NCBI GenBank assembly: GCA_963845735.1
Contig: CAWJTR010000001.1
Location: 241,919 to 305,918, forward strand
Direction of reading: 5' to 3'
Source: an uncultured Alphaproteobacteria bacterium
GTDB taxonomy: Bacteria > Pseudomonadota > Alphaproteobacteria > ATCC43930 > CGMCC-115725
Length of the DNA: 64,000 bases
Shown here: positions 51,417 through 63,027 of the stretch, in pieces
How positions within the stretch are numbered: the first letter of the stretch is position 1
How the letters are laid out: every line of letters starts with the position of its first letter
The notes under the pieces: model-generated
What the model was told of the DNA's origin: nothing
What the model saw: only the letters and a program-made list of their open reading frames with translations
Databases searched by the model: none
Program-made: the position numbers and the translations under genes

Positions 51417-53003
51417 TTAAGGGACGTGCCACTCGACGTTGTCGTCGAGCGGGATGACCGGGCGTGGCAGCCGCTTCCATTCGAAGCGGCTCAGAACAGG
51501 CGAGGTCAGGCCGGGCAGGTCGACCTCGACGATCTGGTCCGGGCCGAAAAACTCGTCGAAGCCGCCGCGGAAATGGCCGCGCGACTTGACCACGACCGAG
51601 CGCGCGCGCCCGATATCGAGCCCCATCATTTCGAAGAAGATCGGGTCGGCGCACTGCACCCGATGTGAGATGACGACGACCGTGACGCCGCCGACTTGCA
51701 ACGCCGCGCACGGCCCGAGCTCAAGCCGCATGCCGGCATAGATGCCGCGGCGGCCGACGCAATTGCCGTCGGTCAGCGACATGACCCGAGCCGGAGCCGA
51801 CCAGGGCTCCGAGAATTTGGTGGATTCCTCTCGATTGAAACGCGCGTCGAACTGGTAATGCCGCCCGTAGCGGTGCGCCTCGGCAGCAAGTGGCGGGTCA
51901 TAAAACACGCCGAGCAGCGCATCGCGGACCCCGGCCTCGTAAAATGCGCGCAGCAGAAAGACCGTGTTGCCGCGCCCGCCGCCGCCCGGGTTGTCGGCGA
52001 CATCGGCAAAGGCGAGCGCCGGCAGCGAGGGATCGCGCCCGACTGCGAGGGCCTTCGCCACCGCGTCGTCGAGCGAGGTGAGATGTGGATAAAAGCGCGC
52101 CCGGTTGGCCCAGCCGAGTGCGGCGATTTCGCGGGCGAGTGTCTCGGCGGCGCGCTTGTCGTGCCGCGCGGTCACGACCACGCTCAGCCCACAGGTGGCG
52201 GCATCGGCAAAGGCAAAGCCGCCCATCGCCGAGACGTTCATGATCTCCGGGTTCATGCGCCGCTGGCCGAGATCGATCATCTCGGCATAAGGGCCGGCGG
52301 CGGTCAGCAACGTCACGGTCGGCGGCACGATCGGCAGGCGGATGAAGGCCGCCCGCGGCCGGAGCCCGGCCAGCATATCGCGGATCGCCGCGGCCGCCTC
52401 GGCGCCGCGCTCGCGCATGTCGAGATGCGGGTTGGTGCGATAGCCGATAAAGGCGTCGATCGACCGCACCATGCGTTCGGAAACATTGGCGTGCAGGTCG
52501 AGCGTCGCTGCGATCGGCACGTCGGGTCCGACGATCTCGCGCACCTTCTCGAACAGCTCCCCGTCGGGATCGTCCTCCTCCGTCGTCAGCGCCGCACCGT
52601 GCGAGCAAATATAGACGGCGTCGACCGGCAACGCCGCTTTGAGCCGGTGCGCGATCGTGTCGAGCAGTTCGACAAAAAAACCATGCTCGACCGGCCCGTT
52701 GGGCTCGGTCATCGCCAGCGCGATGCCGACCGGCGTCCACGGGCCCGAGGCATCCATTGCCGCGACGAAACCCGGCGTTTCGGGCAGCATGACCGGCGCT
52801 GGCGCGCGCGCTTCGGCGACGATCGCATCGCCTTCGAGATAGGTGCGCGCGGTGAAGTGTGCCTTGGTCGCGACCGGCGCGAATTTGTTGCACTCGATCG
52901 AAAAGCCGAGCAGCGCCACGCGGGGGCCCCTACCATCCCCCGCTCGCGGCGGAGGGTAGGGCAGGGGTGACACGGGCGAAGGTGGATCGGGCATGCCGGG
53001 CAC
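51417..53003 (-). CDS. M81-family metallopeptidase (MlrC-like)
   Basis: DUF1485/MlrC N- and C-domain-like sequence (ALLGFSIECNKF...; VVKSRGHFRGGF). The exact start is uncertain. Confidence 0.75.
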   Translation of the reverse strand: MPGMPDPPSPVSPLPYPPPRAGDGRGPRVALLGFSIECNKFAPVATKAHFTARTYLEGDAIVAEARAPAPVMLPETPGFVAAMDASGPWTPVGIALAMTEPNGPVEHGFFVELLDTIAHRLKAALPVDAVYICSHGAALTTEEDDPDGELFEKVREIVGPDVPIAATLDLHANVSERMVRSIDAFIGYRTNPHLDMRERGAEAAAAIRDMLAGLRPRAAFIRLPIVPPTVTLLTAAGPYAEMIDLGQRRMNPEIMNVSAMGGFAFADAATCGLSVVVTARHDKRAAETLAREIAALGWANRARFYPHLTSLDDAVAKALAVGRDPSLPALAFADVADNPGGGGRGNTVFLLRAFYEAGVRDALLGVFYDPPLAAEAHRYGRHYQFDARFNREESTKFSEPWSAPARVMSLTDGNCVGRRGIYAGMRLELGPCAALQVGGVTVVVISHRVQCADPIFFEMMGLDIGRARSVVVKSRGHFRGGFDEFFGPDQIVEVDLPGLTSPVLSRFEWKRLPRPVIPLDDNVEWHVP

Positions 53004-53075
53004 CGGGAGTGGTTTCCGTCTGCCGAGATCCTAGGCTAGACTTCGGCCGACCGCCACCGGTGAAGGCACAACAAC

Positions 53076-54312
53076 ATGCCGGCCATCGACGGACAGCGCG
53101 TCGTCGCCGACCTCCGTCGGCTTGCTGAATTCGGGCGCTATAAAACTGGTGTCCATCGCCCGACTTATTCGCCGGCCGATGTCGAGTTCGCGGCATTGGC
53201 TCGCCGGAAAGCTGCGCGAGGCCGGGCTCGAGCCGGTGATCGACGGCATCGGCAATGTGATCGGCCGCAATCCCCGGGCGCGGCGGCGGCTGCTGGTCGG
53301 CTCACACAGCGAGACCCAGCCCTATGGCGGCTGGCTCGATGGCGCCTTGGGGGTGATTTACGGGCTGGAACTGGCCTGCGCCTTCGCCGCCGACCCGGAT
53401 TGCGTCGAGCTCGGTATCGAGGTCGCCGCCTGGGCCGACGAGGAGGGCCATTACGGCGGCTATCTCGGCAGCCGCTCGTTCGTCGGCGCGCTCGACGAGG
53501 ACGAGATCGACCAGGCGCGAGGCCGCGACGACGGGACGCCGTTGCGCGAGGCGCTGGCGCGGGCCGGGTTCGCCGGCCGGCCGCGCGAACATTTCGAACC
53601 CGGCCGCCATATCGGTTATCTCGAAGCGCACATCGAGCAGGGCGACACCCTCGACACGAGCGGGCTGCGTATCGGTGTCGTCGAGGCGATCGTGGGCATC
53701 CGTAATTTCCGGCTCTCCTTGATCGGCGAGCAGAACCATGCCGGCACGACGCGGATGATCAGGCGCAAGGATGCCGGGGTGGCGATGGTGCAACTGGCCA
53801 CGCGCATCCACGATCGTTTCCCCGAGATCGCCGGCCCGCGTACGGTGTGGACGATCGGCCGTATGCTGTTGGAGCCGAACGCGCCCTCGGTCGTCCCCGG
53901 CCATGCCGAAATGCAGGTTCAGTTCCGCGATACCGACCCAGGGCGCCTCGACCTGTTCGAGAAGAAATTGCGCGAGCTCGTGGACGAAGCCGACCGCGCG
54001 GGGCCCTGCCATTGCGCGCTAGAGCCGATCGGGCGGACCGAGCCGCGGCCGATGGATAAGGGCTTTCAGGCGCTGATCGAGGCGGCGGCCGAGGACCATG
54101 CGCCCGGCATGCACATGCGCATGCCGAGTGCGGCCGGCCATGACGCCGCGATCCTGTCCGAACGCATGCCCGCCGGGATGATGTTCATCCCCAGTCTCGG
54201 CGGCATCAGCCATCACTGGTCGGAAGACACCAAGGAAGAAGACATCGTCCTCGGCGCCCAAATCTTCGCCGACGCCGCAGCGCGCATCCTGCGGTCGGCC
54301 GATCGATTCTAA
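53076..54312 (+). pseudogene. Zn-dependent hydantoinase/carbamoylase-family amidase (M20), one +1 frame break near 53187
   Basis: MPAIDGQRVVADLRRLAEFGRYKTGVHRPTYSPADVE in ORF 53076..53705, then SRHWLAGKLREAGLEPVIDGIGNVIGR...GSHSETQPYGGWLDGALG in ORF 53122..54312. Confidence 0.85.
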
Positions 54313-54316
54313 GCGC

Positions 54317-55670
54317 ATGGTCGCGTCGGAACACGATCTCAAAGCACGGGCGATCGGCCACGCCTGTCTGGTGCTTTATCGGGAAGGGGCGAGCCCGCTG
54401 TTGCTGACCGACCCCGTGGCTTGTCGGCTCCGTCTATTGGCGAAGCTGGTGGTTGCAGAACTATCCGAGCGTCGATGAAATCAACTGGCTAGCGACCAGC
54501 ACTCATGTTTATGTCACCCACGAGCACCCCGATCATTTCCACATGCCGTCGATCCGCCGTCTCGGCGCCGGCCCGGCTTACCTGTTTCCAGCTCTGGCCG
54601 AGCGCGGTTATCTCGACTATCTCGCCGGGAGAGGCTACCGCTCGGAAAGCGTCGAGCCGCTGCGGTGGCGACAAATCGACCAAGGCGTGTCGATCTTGTC
54701 GATTCCGCTATGGAACGACGATAGCCTGCTGCTTATCGACACTCCGAACGCGTTGATCCTTAACCTCAACGATGCAAAGCCGCTCCCGCCGGTGCTGCGC
54801 GCCCTTCACCGCGCCGCCCAGCGCATCGCCAAACCGCGGGTGCTGCTGTGCAGCTATTCGCCAGCGAGCGTAATCAACAGCTTTCTCGACGAAAACGGAA
54901 TCGTCCCGCTCAGGCACCCTCGACAATACGTTGACTATATCTGCTGATTATGCGAGCGGATCGAGATCAACTACTACATGCCGTTCGCGAGTCAGGCCTT
55001 CTTTCTCCGAGCCGACAGCCGCGGGGCTAACGACTATCGCACAACCTATGAGCATCTTTGCCGGTATTGGCAATCAAATGCCCGGCTGCTGCCTCCCTAT
55101 ACGACCCCCGACCTCGCCGATTTCACCCATACCTCGATCCCGCCCGAACACTATCGGCCGATGTCGCCGGCAAAGCTCGAAGCTGTGACCGGGCAGCGCG
55201 CAGCCGAGGAGGAGACGGCGGAGATTTCAGCCGCGGAAGTAGCGCTGCTCGCGCGCAAGCTGAACGCTTTTCGCTGGCTGTTATGGCTGCTGTTTCGGCG
55301 CAGGTTCGCCTTTCGGCTCGGCGAGCATTGCTTCGAGTACGATCCGGCGCACGGGTGGCTTCGCGACCGCGGCATCACCCGCGGAGGACAGGGAGATTTC
55401 GTCGTCGAAGTGCCGAAGCTGACAATGAAGGAGGCTCTGCGGAACAACCACCTCACCGATCTCGGCATCACGATGTTCGTTCGCATCCGGCCGCTGCGGA
55501 GGATAGATCCCCGAAAAGCCTACGGCCTGTTCGTGCTTTTCCAATTCGACGATTACGGGCACCTCGCCGGTATCGGAGCGCTGCTGCGCTGGCTGCGGCG
55601 CGGAATCAGATATTCGTTCGTTTTGCGGCTTCACCCGCCGCCGCGGCCGGTGGCCCCTCGGGCCGGCTAG
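54317..55670 (+). pseudogene. MBL-fold hydrolase-like protein with an unknown C-terminal extension; +1 break near 54416 and an in-frame TGA at 54945-54947
   Basis: MVASEHDLKARAIGHACLVLYREGASPLLLTDP | WLVGSVYWRSWWLQNYPS...YVTHEHPDHFH...QYVDYIC * LCERIEINYYMPFASQAFFL... ORFs 54453..54947 and 54978..55670 share one frame. Confidence 0.65.
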
Positions 55671-55699
55671 GCTGGGACGATCAGGCGGGGCCGTCGTGA

Positions 55700-57061
55700 T
55701 CAGCCGGGGTGGGCGCCGGCCTCGCGACGCACGGCCCGCTGCAGATAGTCCACCGCCGCTTCGAGCTGGGCGTCCTTGGCGGTGCCGATGATTAGCGGCT
55801 TGATCGGATGCTCAGTCGTCTCGAGACCGCCCTGCGAAATGGCGGCCGGTTCGCCGGCAGCGACGGGGTTGAGCGAGCCGCCATTCTTCAGCGCGCGGTA
55901 GAGGTCGCTTTCGTGGCTGAGGACGGCGTTGGCCACCTGCTCGCTCTTTGGCAGGCTGACGACGACATCTGGGTTGATCCCCTGGCCCTGGATCGAGCGG
56001 CCGGACGGCGTGTAGTAGAGCGCCGTCGTCAAGCGCAGGGCGCCGTGTCCGCCGTCGAGCGGAATGATCGTCTGCACTGAGCCCTTGCCGAAGCTACGGG
56101 TGCCCATGATCGTCGCGCGGTGATCGTCTTGCAGCGCTCCGGCGACGATTTCCGCGGCGGAAGCCGTCGCGCTGTTGATCAGCACGACGATCGGGACCCC
56201 CTGGATCAGGTCGCCGGCGACCGGCGCGCGGTAGACGCGATCGTCGTCGCTGTTGCGGCCCTTGGTCGTGACCACGATGCCGCCGTCGATAAACTCGCCG
56301 GTCACATCGACCGAGGCGTCGAGCAGGCCGCCGGGATCGTTACGCAAATCGACGACAAGGCCGTTCAGCCGGCCCTGCGCCTGCTGCTTGAGCCGGGCGA
56401 TGGCATCGGCGAGTTCGGCTGCCGTGTTCTCGGAGAAGGTGGTGATGCGGACATAGCCGATCCTGTCCGACTTGAGCGCCGACTTGACCGAGACGACGTG
56501 GATGATGTTCCGGGTCAAAGTCAGATCGAAGGGCGGCCGGTCGCTACGCGCGATCTGAAGCGTCACCTTGGAGCCTGCAGAGCCGCGCAGCCGCTTGACG
56601 ATCGCCTCGACATCCATGCCGGTCGTCGGCTGCCCGTCGATCTTGACGATGCGGTCACCGGGTTCGATCCCGGCATTGGCGGCCGGGGTGCCGTCGATCG
56701 GCGCGATGACTTCGGGCACCTTTCCTTCCAATGTCAGCTCGATGCCGATGCCGCCGAACTCGCCGCGCGTCACTGCGGACATCTGCTGGTATTGGTCTTG
56801 GTCCATGTAATCGGAATGCGGGTCGAGCCGGGTCAGCATGCCCTTTAGGGCGTCTTCGGTCAGCTCGTCGCTGGTCACCGGCTCGACATAGCTTTTCTGG
56901 ACTTGTCGAGCGACTTGTTGCAGCAGGCTGAAATCGGCGGGATCGCGGGATGCGGCGGCGGTGCCGGCTCCGGCGCTGTCGCAGCCGTAAAGAGTGAGCG
57001 CCATCAGGGCGGCGGCAGTGGCCCTGACGGCCGAACGGTGCAGGCGTGAGGTCGCAATCAT
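55700..57061 (-). CDS. S41-family carboxy-terminal processing peptidase (CtpA-like) with PDZ domain
   Basis: TRGEFGGIGIEL, PDZ GTPAANAGIEPGDRIVKIDGQP, VLINSATASAAEIVAGALQD. Start chosen at ATG 57061 (lipoprotein-like LTLYGC). Confidence 0.88.
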   Translation of the reverse strand: MIATSRLHRSAVRATAAALMALTLYGCDSAGAGTAAASRDPADFSLLQQVARQVQKSYVEPVTSDELTEDALKGMLTRLDPHSDYMDQDQYQQMSAVTRGEFGGIGIELTLEGKVPEVIAPIDGTPAANAGIEPGDRIVKIDGQPTTGMDVEAIVKRLRGSAGSKVTLQIARSDRPPFDLTLTRNIIHVVSVKSALKSDRIGYVRITTFSENTAAELADAIARLKQQAQGRLNGLVVDLRNDPGGLLDASVDVTGEFIDGGIVVTTKGRNSDDDRVYRAPVAGDLIQGVPIVVLINSATASAAEIVAGALQDDHRATIMGTRSFGKGSVQTIIPLDGGHGALRLTTALYYTPSGRSIQGQGINPDVVVSLPKSEQVANAVLSHESDLYRALKNGGSLNPVAAGEPAAISQGGLETTEHPIKPLIIGTAKDAQLEAAVDYLQRAVRREAGAHPG

Positions 57062-57368
57062 CGGAGCCTTCGCGGCAAACGACCCGTCATCGACGGGTCG
57101 GGAAATCGGTTCCGGATGATCCTGCTCCGCTGCCGCCGTAGCGCGTGGCAGAGCCGCTATCCGGTCGCCGAAAATGTAGTCTTCCGCAGGCAGCGTTCCA
57201 GGGGCTCTCCTCATCGATGACGCTGGGCGCCACCGTAAGCCGCCTTGCGGTAATCGCGGCCGCGACGGAAATCTGCGGGTTGGCCGCACCCAACATTGGT
57301 TCCCACCTGGGCGCGATCGAGGCTATATACCCGCGCGCCAAGGGGCTCGGGCGCAAGGAAGGAATACG

Positions 57369-58157
57369 ATGGCGAGCGGGAGATCGGCCGCGGATCGGCT
57401 GACGGTGCAAGGGATCGAGCTCGAAGTGCTGCGCCGCGGGGCGGGGCGTGCGGCGCTGTTGCTGCACGGCTTCGACACCGTCGACGCCGAGGCGCCCTTT
57501 CTCGACCTGCTCGGCCGCCACATCGAGATCGTCGCGCCCTCCTCGCCCGGGTTCGGCCATTCGCCGCGGCCGCGCGATTTCGACACGGTCTATGATCTCG
57601 TCCATCTCTACCTTGCCGTTCTCGACGCGCTGCCGGGCGACAAGGTGAGCCTGATCGGCTTTTCGTTCGGCGGCTGGCTCGCGGCGGAAATCGCTGCGGC
57701 ATGCAGCCATCGGCTCGACAAGCTCGTTCTTGTCGATCCGGTCGGCATCAAGATCAGCGACCGCGAGACCCCGGACATCCTCGACATCTTCAACAAATCG
57801 CCCGACGAGGTTCGCCGGCGCAGCTGGCACGACCCCGACACGTTCGCGCCCGATTTCAACGCGATGTCGGATGAGGCTCTGGTTGTCCACGCGCGCAACC
57901 GCGAGGCGCTGTGTCTCTATGCCTGGCACCCCTATATGTACAACCCGCAGCTGCCGCGTTGGCTCGGCCGGATCAATGCGCCGACCCTGTTGTTGTGGGG
58001 GGCGAGCGACGGAGTGGTCAGCCCCGATTACGGCCGCGCCTATGCCGGAATGATCCCAGGCTCCCGCTTCGAGCTGATCGAGCGCGCCGGCCACCATCCC
58101 GAGATCGAGCAGCCTGCGGCTTTTGCAGAGCGCGTGGCCCGTTTCCTCGAGCAATAA
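57369..58157 (+). CDS. Alpha/beta hydrolase
   Basis: LLLHGF and nucleophile elbow GFSFGG, 262 aa. Confidence 0.8.
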   Translation: MASGRSAADRLTVQGIELEVLRRGAGRAALLLHGFDTVDAEAPFLDLLGRHIEIVAPSSPGFGHSPRPRDFDTVYDLVHLYLAVLDALPGDKVSLIGFSFGGWLAAEIAAACSHRLDKLVLVDPVGIKISDRETPDILDIFNKSPDEVRRRSWHDPDTFAPDFNAMSDEALVVHARNREALCLYAWHPYMYNPQLPRWLGRINAPTLLLWGASDGVVSPDYGRAYAGMIPGSRFELIERAGHHPEIEQPAAFAERVARFLEQ

Positions 58158-58170
58158 TCGGATTCAAAAG

Positions 58171-59376
58171 ATGCGAGCTTGGTATCACTGCGAGAACGTC
58201 TACCCCTTTGTGCCGCAGGAGGTTCTTGACGCAGCGCCGTCGGTGCGCGCGAGCCTGCCCAACAGATATTGCGATCCGAAGATCTCGGCGAATTTGTTCG
58301 AGGAATGCCTCGACGAGCACCTGTTGTGCGACGATCTCGGCGTCAACGTAGTCTCGATCGAGCATCATTCCGGCATCAACAGCCTCTACGGCGCGAGCCC
58401 GATGATCCTCGGCATACTCGCCCGGCAGACCAGGAAGGTCCGCATCCTCAGCCTCGGCACCCTGATCACGATCCGCCCCGACCCGGTGCGCATCGCCGAG
58501 GAATATGCGACCGCAGACGTAATTTCGCGTGGGCGGCTCGACATCGGCTTCGTCAAATCGGGCGACAGCGAGATGGTCTCGGGCAACGCCAACCCGGTCG
58601 GCTATGTCGACCGATTCTGGGAGGCGATCGACCTTATTCAAAAGACCTTGACCTCGCATGACGGCCCGTTCAGCTGGGAGGGCAAGCACTACACCCACCG
58701 CCACGTCAACATCTGGCCGCCGGTCTACCAGCGTCCGCACCCGCCGATGTGGGCCGCGACCGGCGATCCCGAGACTTCGGCCGAGCTCGGCCGGCGAGGC
58801 ATGGTCAACGCGCTGGTCTTGCGCGGCCCCGAGGCCAGCAAGCGCGCCTTCGACGCCTATCGCGCCGCGCGCAGCGAGGCCGGACTGCCGGCGCCCGGCA
58901 CCGACCGTTTCGCCTATGCGGCACTCGCCTATGTCGGCGACACCGACGAGGAGGGCATCCGCGTCGGCAGCAAATTGCTGTGGTTCCTGAATACCAGCCT
59001 CAAGCAGTCGCCGCAGATGTCGAAATTCTTGCCGGGACGCACGCCGCCCGAGGTCTCCGCTCAGAATTACCGCAGCGAGCCGCGCCCAGGGAGCCAAGCC
59101 AATATGCGTCCGGGCCAAAGCCTGATCGGCATCACCGCCGAGCAGGCGATCGCTCGTGGCATCCTGTGCGCTGGCAACCCCGACACGGTCTACAAGCAGA
59201 TCATGGACATCTACGACAAGGTCGGCGGCTTCGCCAATTTCATCTTTATCGGACGCTCGGGCTTTCTCGACCACCAGGAAGCCGAAAAAGGCATCCGCCT
59301 GATGGCCAACGAGGTCGTGCCGCGTCTGCCCGCCGCAACGCCTACCCCGGAGCCCGCCCGCGAGGCCGCGGAATAG
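58171..59376 (+). CDS. LLM-class flavin-dependent oxidoreductase
   Basis: Luciferase-like sequence from MRAWYHCENVYPFVPQE..., 401 aa. Confidence 0.75.
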   Translation: MRAWYHCENVYPFVPQEVLDAAPSVRASLPNRYCDPKISANLFEECLDEHLLCDDLGVNVVSIEHHSGINSLYGASPMILGILARQTRKVRILSLGTLITIRPDPVRIAEEYATADVISRGRLDIGFVKSGDSEMVSGNANPVGYVDRFWEAIDLIQKTLTSHDGPFSWEGKHYTHRHVNIWPPVYQRPHPPMWAATGDPETSAELGRRGMVNALVLRGPEASKRAFDAYRAARSEAGLPAPGTDRFAYAALAYVGDTDEEGIRVGSKLLWFLNTSLKQSPQMSKFLPGRTPPEVSAQNYRSEPRPGSQANMRPGQSLIGITAEQAIARGILCAGNPDTVYKQIMDIYDKVGGFANFIFIGRSGFLDHQEAEKGIRLMANEVVPRLPAATPTPEPAREAAE

Positions 59377-59538
59377 GGTCTCGCTGCGTCATCCGCTGCG
59401 GCAAAACCCGTACGCGTGTGAATAGCCTGGAGCAATAACGGGAACAGCGGGCGGCGCGGCCGCCGCCGCTTGCCGGCCGGCGAATCACCCCTATACTCCG
59501 CGGCCCCGCTACTCCTCGCTCAGGTAATTCATCCGCAA

Positions 59539-60534
59539 ATGGCGCAAGCTAGTATTGATGTTGTCGGTATCGGCAATGCGATTGTCGATGTGATCGCGCG
59601 TGCCGATGAAGCGTTTTTGCAGAAAGAGGCGCTGGTCAAGGGAACGATGGCGCTGATCGATGCCGAGCGCGCCGATGCACTTTATCGGATGATGGGACCG
59701 GCGATCGAGGCTTCCGGTGGATCGGCGGGCAACACGATGGCCGGCATCGCCTCGCTCGGCGGCAATGGCGCCTTTATCGGCAAGGTGCGCGACGATCTGC
59801 TGGGCGAGGTCTACCGCCACGATCTGACCGCGCAAGGGGTGCGTTTCGACACGCCCGCGGCAACCAGCGGCCCCGGCACCGCGCGCTGCTTGATTCTGGT
59901 CACGTCGGACGGGCAACGTACGTTGAACACCTATCTGGGCGCCTGCGTGGCGCTCGGGCCCGACGACATCGACGCCGACATCCTCGGCGCGGCTCAGGTG
60001 ACCTATCTCGAAGGCTATCTGTTCGACCCGCCGCTGGCGCAGCAAGCGTTTCGCAAGGCCGCCGCAGTCGCCCATGCCGCCGGGCATCAGGTCGCGCTGT
60101 CGCTGTCCGACCCGTTTTGCGTCGAGCGCCATCGCGCGGCGTTTCGCGATCTCGTCGACGGTCATGTCGACATCCTGTTCGCCAACGAGATCGAGATCTG
60201 CTCGCTTTACGAGACCAATGACTTTGCCGCGGCGGCGGCGGCGGTGCGTGGCCATGTCGCGATCGCAGCCCTGACCCGCAGCGCCGCCGGCAGCGTCATC
60301 TTGGCCAACAGCGAGGAGCATCGGGTCGCGGCGGCGCCGGTCGCACGGGTCGTCGACACCACCGGAGCGGGCGATCTCTACGCCAGCGGTTTTCTCTACG
60401 GCTTGACCCACGGTCTGCCGCTCCCCACCTGCGGCAGGATCGGCAGCTTGTGCGCTGCCGAAATCATTAGCCATGTCGGCGCCCGTCCCGAGACCGCTCT
60501 GTCGCGTCTCGTTGCGGAGGCCGGCATGGTCTGA
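59539..60534 (+). CDS. PfkB-family carbohydrate/adenosine kinase
   Basis: VVGIGNAIVDV at the N-terminus and DTTGAGDLYASGFLYG (PfkB signature 2), 331 aa from ATG 59539. Confidence 0.85.
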   Translation: MAQASIDVVGIGNAIVDVIARADEAFLQKEALVKGTMALIDAERADALYRMMGPAIEASGGSAGNTMAGIASLGGNGAFIGKVRDDLLGEVYRHDLTAQGVRFDTPAATSGPGTARCLILVTSDGQRTLNTYLGACVALGPDDIDADILGAAQVTYLEGYLFDPPLAQQAFRKAAAVAHAAGHQVALSLSDPFCVERHRAAFRDLVDGHVDILFANEIEICSLYETNDFAAAAAAVRGHVAIAALTRSAAGSVILANSEEHRVAAAPVARVVDTTGAGDLYASGFLYGLTHGLPLPTCGRIGSLCAAEIISHVGARPETALSRLVAEAGMV

Positions 60535-60584
60535 GCCTCATCCCATTGCCTTGGCCGCCGGCCGGGGAGCCGGCAGGTTTCCGC

Positions 60585-62411
60585 ATGGATATCCGCAACA
60601 TCGCCATCATCGCTCATGTCGACCATGGCAAGACAACCCTGGTCGACGCGATGCTGCGCCAATCAGGCGCCTTTCGCGCCAATCAGCAGGTCGCCGAGCG
60701 GGCGCTCGATTCGAACGAGCTCGAGCGCGAACGCGGCATCACGATCCTGGCGAAATGCACCTCGGTCCTGTGGCGCGACGTGCGCATCAACATCGTCGAC
60801 ACCCCGGGCCATGCCGATTTCGGCGGCGAGGTCGAGCGCATCCTCAGCATGGTCGACGGCGTCCTGGTGTTGGTCGACGCCGCCGAGGGGCCGATGCCGC
60901 AGACCAAATTCGTGCTTGGCAAGGCCTTGCGTCAAGGCCTGCGCCCGATCGTCGTGATCAACAAAGTCGACCGGCCCGACGCCCGCGCCGGCATGGTCCA
61001 TAACGAGATCTTCGACCTGTTCGCAGTGCTCGACGCGAGCGAGGCGCAGCTTGATTTCCCGACGGTTTTCGCCTCCGGCCGCAGCGGCTGGGCGGTGACC
61101 GATCTCGATGCCCCGCGCCGCGATCTGGCGCCGTTGTTCGAACTGATCCTGGCGCATGTGCCGCCGCCTAAGGCCGATCCCGACGCGCCATTTTCGATGC
61201 TGGCGACGACCTTGGACTACGACCCCTATCTCGGTCGGGTGCTGACCGGGCTTATCCATTCGGGCGTGGCGCGGCTCAACATGCCGGTCAAGTCGCTGGC
61301 CCGCGACGGCCGCATCATCGAGCAGGCGCGGCTGACCAAATTGCAGGCGTTTCGCGGCCTCGACCGGCGCCCTATCGAGGAGGCCCAAGCCGGCGACATC
61401 ATCGCCGTCGCCGGACTGACGCAGACCACCGTCGCCGACACGATCTGCGCCCCGGACGTCGTGACGCCGCTTCCAGCGGATCCGATCGACCCGCCGACCC
61501 TGGCGATGACCTTTTCGGTCAACGACAGCCCGCTCGCCGGGCGCGAGGGGACAAAGGTCACCTCGCGGATGATCGGCGAGCGCCTGTTTCGCGAGGCGGA
61601 GGGCAATGTCGCGATCCAAGTCACTCAAAGTTCTCAGAAGGATGCGTTCGAGGTCGCCGGCCGCGGCGAATTGCAGCTCGGCGTCCTGATCGAGACGATG
61701 CGGCGCGAGGGCTACGAGATGTCGATCTCGCGCCCGCGGGTCTTGTTCAGGACCGACCCGGCGACGCGCCAACGGCTGGAGCCGATCGAGGAGGTCGTGG
61801 TCGACGTCGACGAGGAATTTGCCGGCATCGTCGTCGACAAGATGAGCCGCCGCAAGGCCGAGATGCAAGAGATGCGGCCTTCGGGCGGCGGCAAATTGCG
61901 CCTCACCTTTCTCGGGCCGACGCGCGGGCTGATCGGCTATCAGGGCGAGTTTCTGACCGATACTCGCGGCACCGGGGTGATGAGCCGGCTGTTCCACGGC
62001 TACGCTCCGCACAAGGGGTCGATCGAGGGCAGGCGCAACGGCGTCCTGGTATCGACCGCCAACGGGGTCGCGATCGCCTATGCGCTGTGGAACCTCGAAG
62101 AGCGCGGGCCGATGTTCATCGAACCCGGGGCGCAGATCTATGAGGGGATGATCATCGGCGCCCACACTCGCGGCAACGACCTCGACGTCAACCCGGCCAA
62201 GGGCAAGCAGCTGACCAACATCCGCACCACGGCCAAGGACGAGGCGGTGCGGCTGACCCCGCCGCAGATCATGAGCCTCGAACAGGCGATCGCCTATGTC
62301 GGCGACGACGAACTGGTCGAGGTCACCCCGAAATCGATCCGCTTCAGGAAGCGGCTGCTTGATCCGAACGACCGCAAGCGGGCCAACCGCGCCGCGGCGG
62401 CCGCTGAGTAG
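60585..62411 (+). CDS. typA: Translational GTPase TypA/BipA
   Basis: [38 protein letters not shown]; 608 aa. Confidence 0.96.
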   Translation: MDIRNIAIIAHVDHGKTTLVDAMLRQSGAFRANQQVAERALDSNELERERGITILAKCTSVLWRDVRINIVDTPGHADFGGEVERILSMVDGVLVLVDAAEGPMPQTKFVLGKALRQGLRPIVVINKVDRPDARAGMVHNEIFDLFAVLDASEAQLDFPTVFASGRSGWAVTDLDAPRRDLAPLFELILAHVPPPKADPDAPFSMLATTLDYDPYLGRVLTGLIHSGVARLNMPVKSLARDGRIIEQARLTKLQAFRGLDRRPIEEAQAGDIIAVAGLTQTTVADTICAPDVVTPLPADPIDPPTLAMTFSVNDSPLAGREGTKVTSRMIGERLFREAEGNVAIQVTQSSQKDAFEVAGRGELQLGVLIETMRREGYEMSISRPRVLFRTDPATRQRLEPIEEVVVDVDEEFAGIVVDKMSRRKAEMQEMRPSGGGKLRLTFLGPTRGLIGYQGEFLTDTRGTGVMSRLFHGYAPHKGSIEGRRNGVLVSTANGVAIAYALWNLEERGPMFIEPGAQIYEGMIIGAHTRGNDLDVNPAKGKQLTNIRTTAKDEAVRLTPPQIMSLEQAIAYVGDDELVEVTPKSIRFRKRLLDPNDRKRANRAAAAAE

Positions 62412-62435
62412 TGGGCGGGGGCGGAAAAGCTGCAC

Positions 62436-62750
62436 TCAACAGCCGCTCTCGATCCGCCGCGCGATCCATTGATTGAGACTGACGCCCTCGGCTTGGGCGC
62501 GCGTTGCCGCGCGCCGGTGCGTCTCTGGGCTCACGCGAAGAAGTATCTTGCCGGTATGCGGCCGGTCCGGCGCCTCACCGCGTTCCGCGCAGAAGGCAAG
62601 ATAATCTTCGATGCTGTCGCGGAAGGCCTGCTCGACTTCGGCGAAGGTCCCGCCCTCAAAGGTAACGACATCGCGAAGCCCGGCGACTCGACCCAGGAAA
62701 GTTCCACCGTCGGCCTCGACGGTTCCAATGTACCCTTTGTATTCGAGCAT
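62436..62750 (-). CDS. hicB: Type II antitoxin HicB (with C-terminal ribbon-helix-helix)
   Basis: MLEYKGYIGTVEADGGTFLGRV...YLAFCAERGEAP...GKILLRVSPETHRRAATRAQAEGVSLNQWI. Confidence 0.85.
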   Translation of the reverse strand: MLEYKGYIGTVEADGGTFLGRVAGLRDVVTFEGGTFAEVEQAFRDSIEDYLAFCAERGEAPDRPHTGKILLRVSPETHRRAATRAQAEGVSLNQWIARRIESGC

Positions 62751-62755
62751 CGGTG

Positions 62756-63019
62756 TTATTCCTCCTCTGGTTTCACGCCTGCAGCGGCGAGGAAATCTCG
62801 CACGGCGCGCACGAGCCCGCGCTTGGTTTCGGGGATTGGATGTGGTCGGTGGAACACCGCCCGCACGCCGCCCAGCGCGATTCGCACACGGCTTCCCGCT
62901 CCTTCACTGATCTCGGCTCCGACGGCCCGCAATAGCGCCTCGATCTCGTTCCAGCGAAGGTCAGCAGGGGTCTGTTCCGCAAAGATCTGAGCGAGGGTAC
63001 GGCGGTGGCGGCGATTCAT
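62756..63019 (-). CDS. hicA: Type II toxin HicA (mRNA interferase family)
   Basis: MNRRHRRTLAQIFAEQTPADLRWNEIEALLRAVGAEISEGAGSRVRIALGGVRAVFHRPHP. Stops 5 nt before hicB. Confidence 0.8.
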   Translation of the reverse strand: MNRRHRRTLAQIFAEQTPADLRWNEIEALLRAVGAEISEGAGSRVRIALGGVRAVFHRPHPIPETKRGLVRAVRDFLAAAGVKPEEE

Positions 63020-63027
63020 GCGATCAT

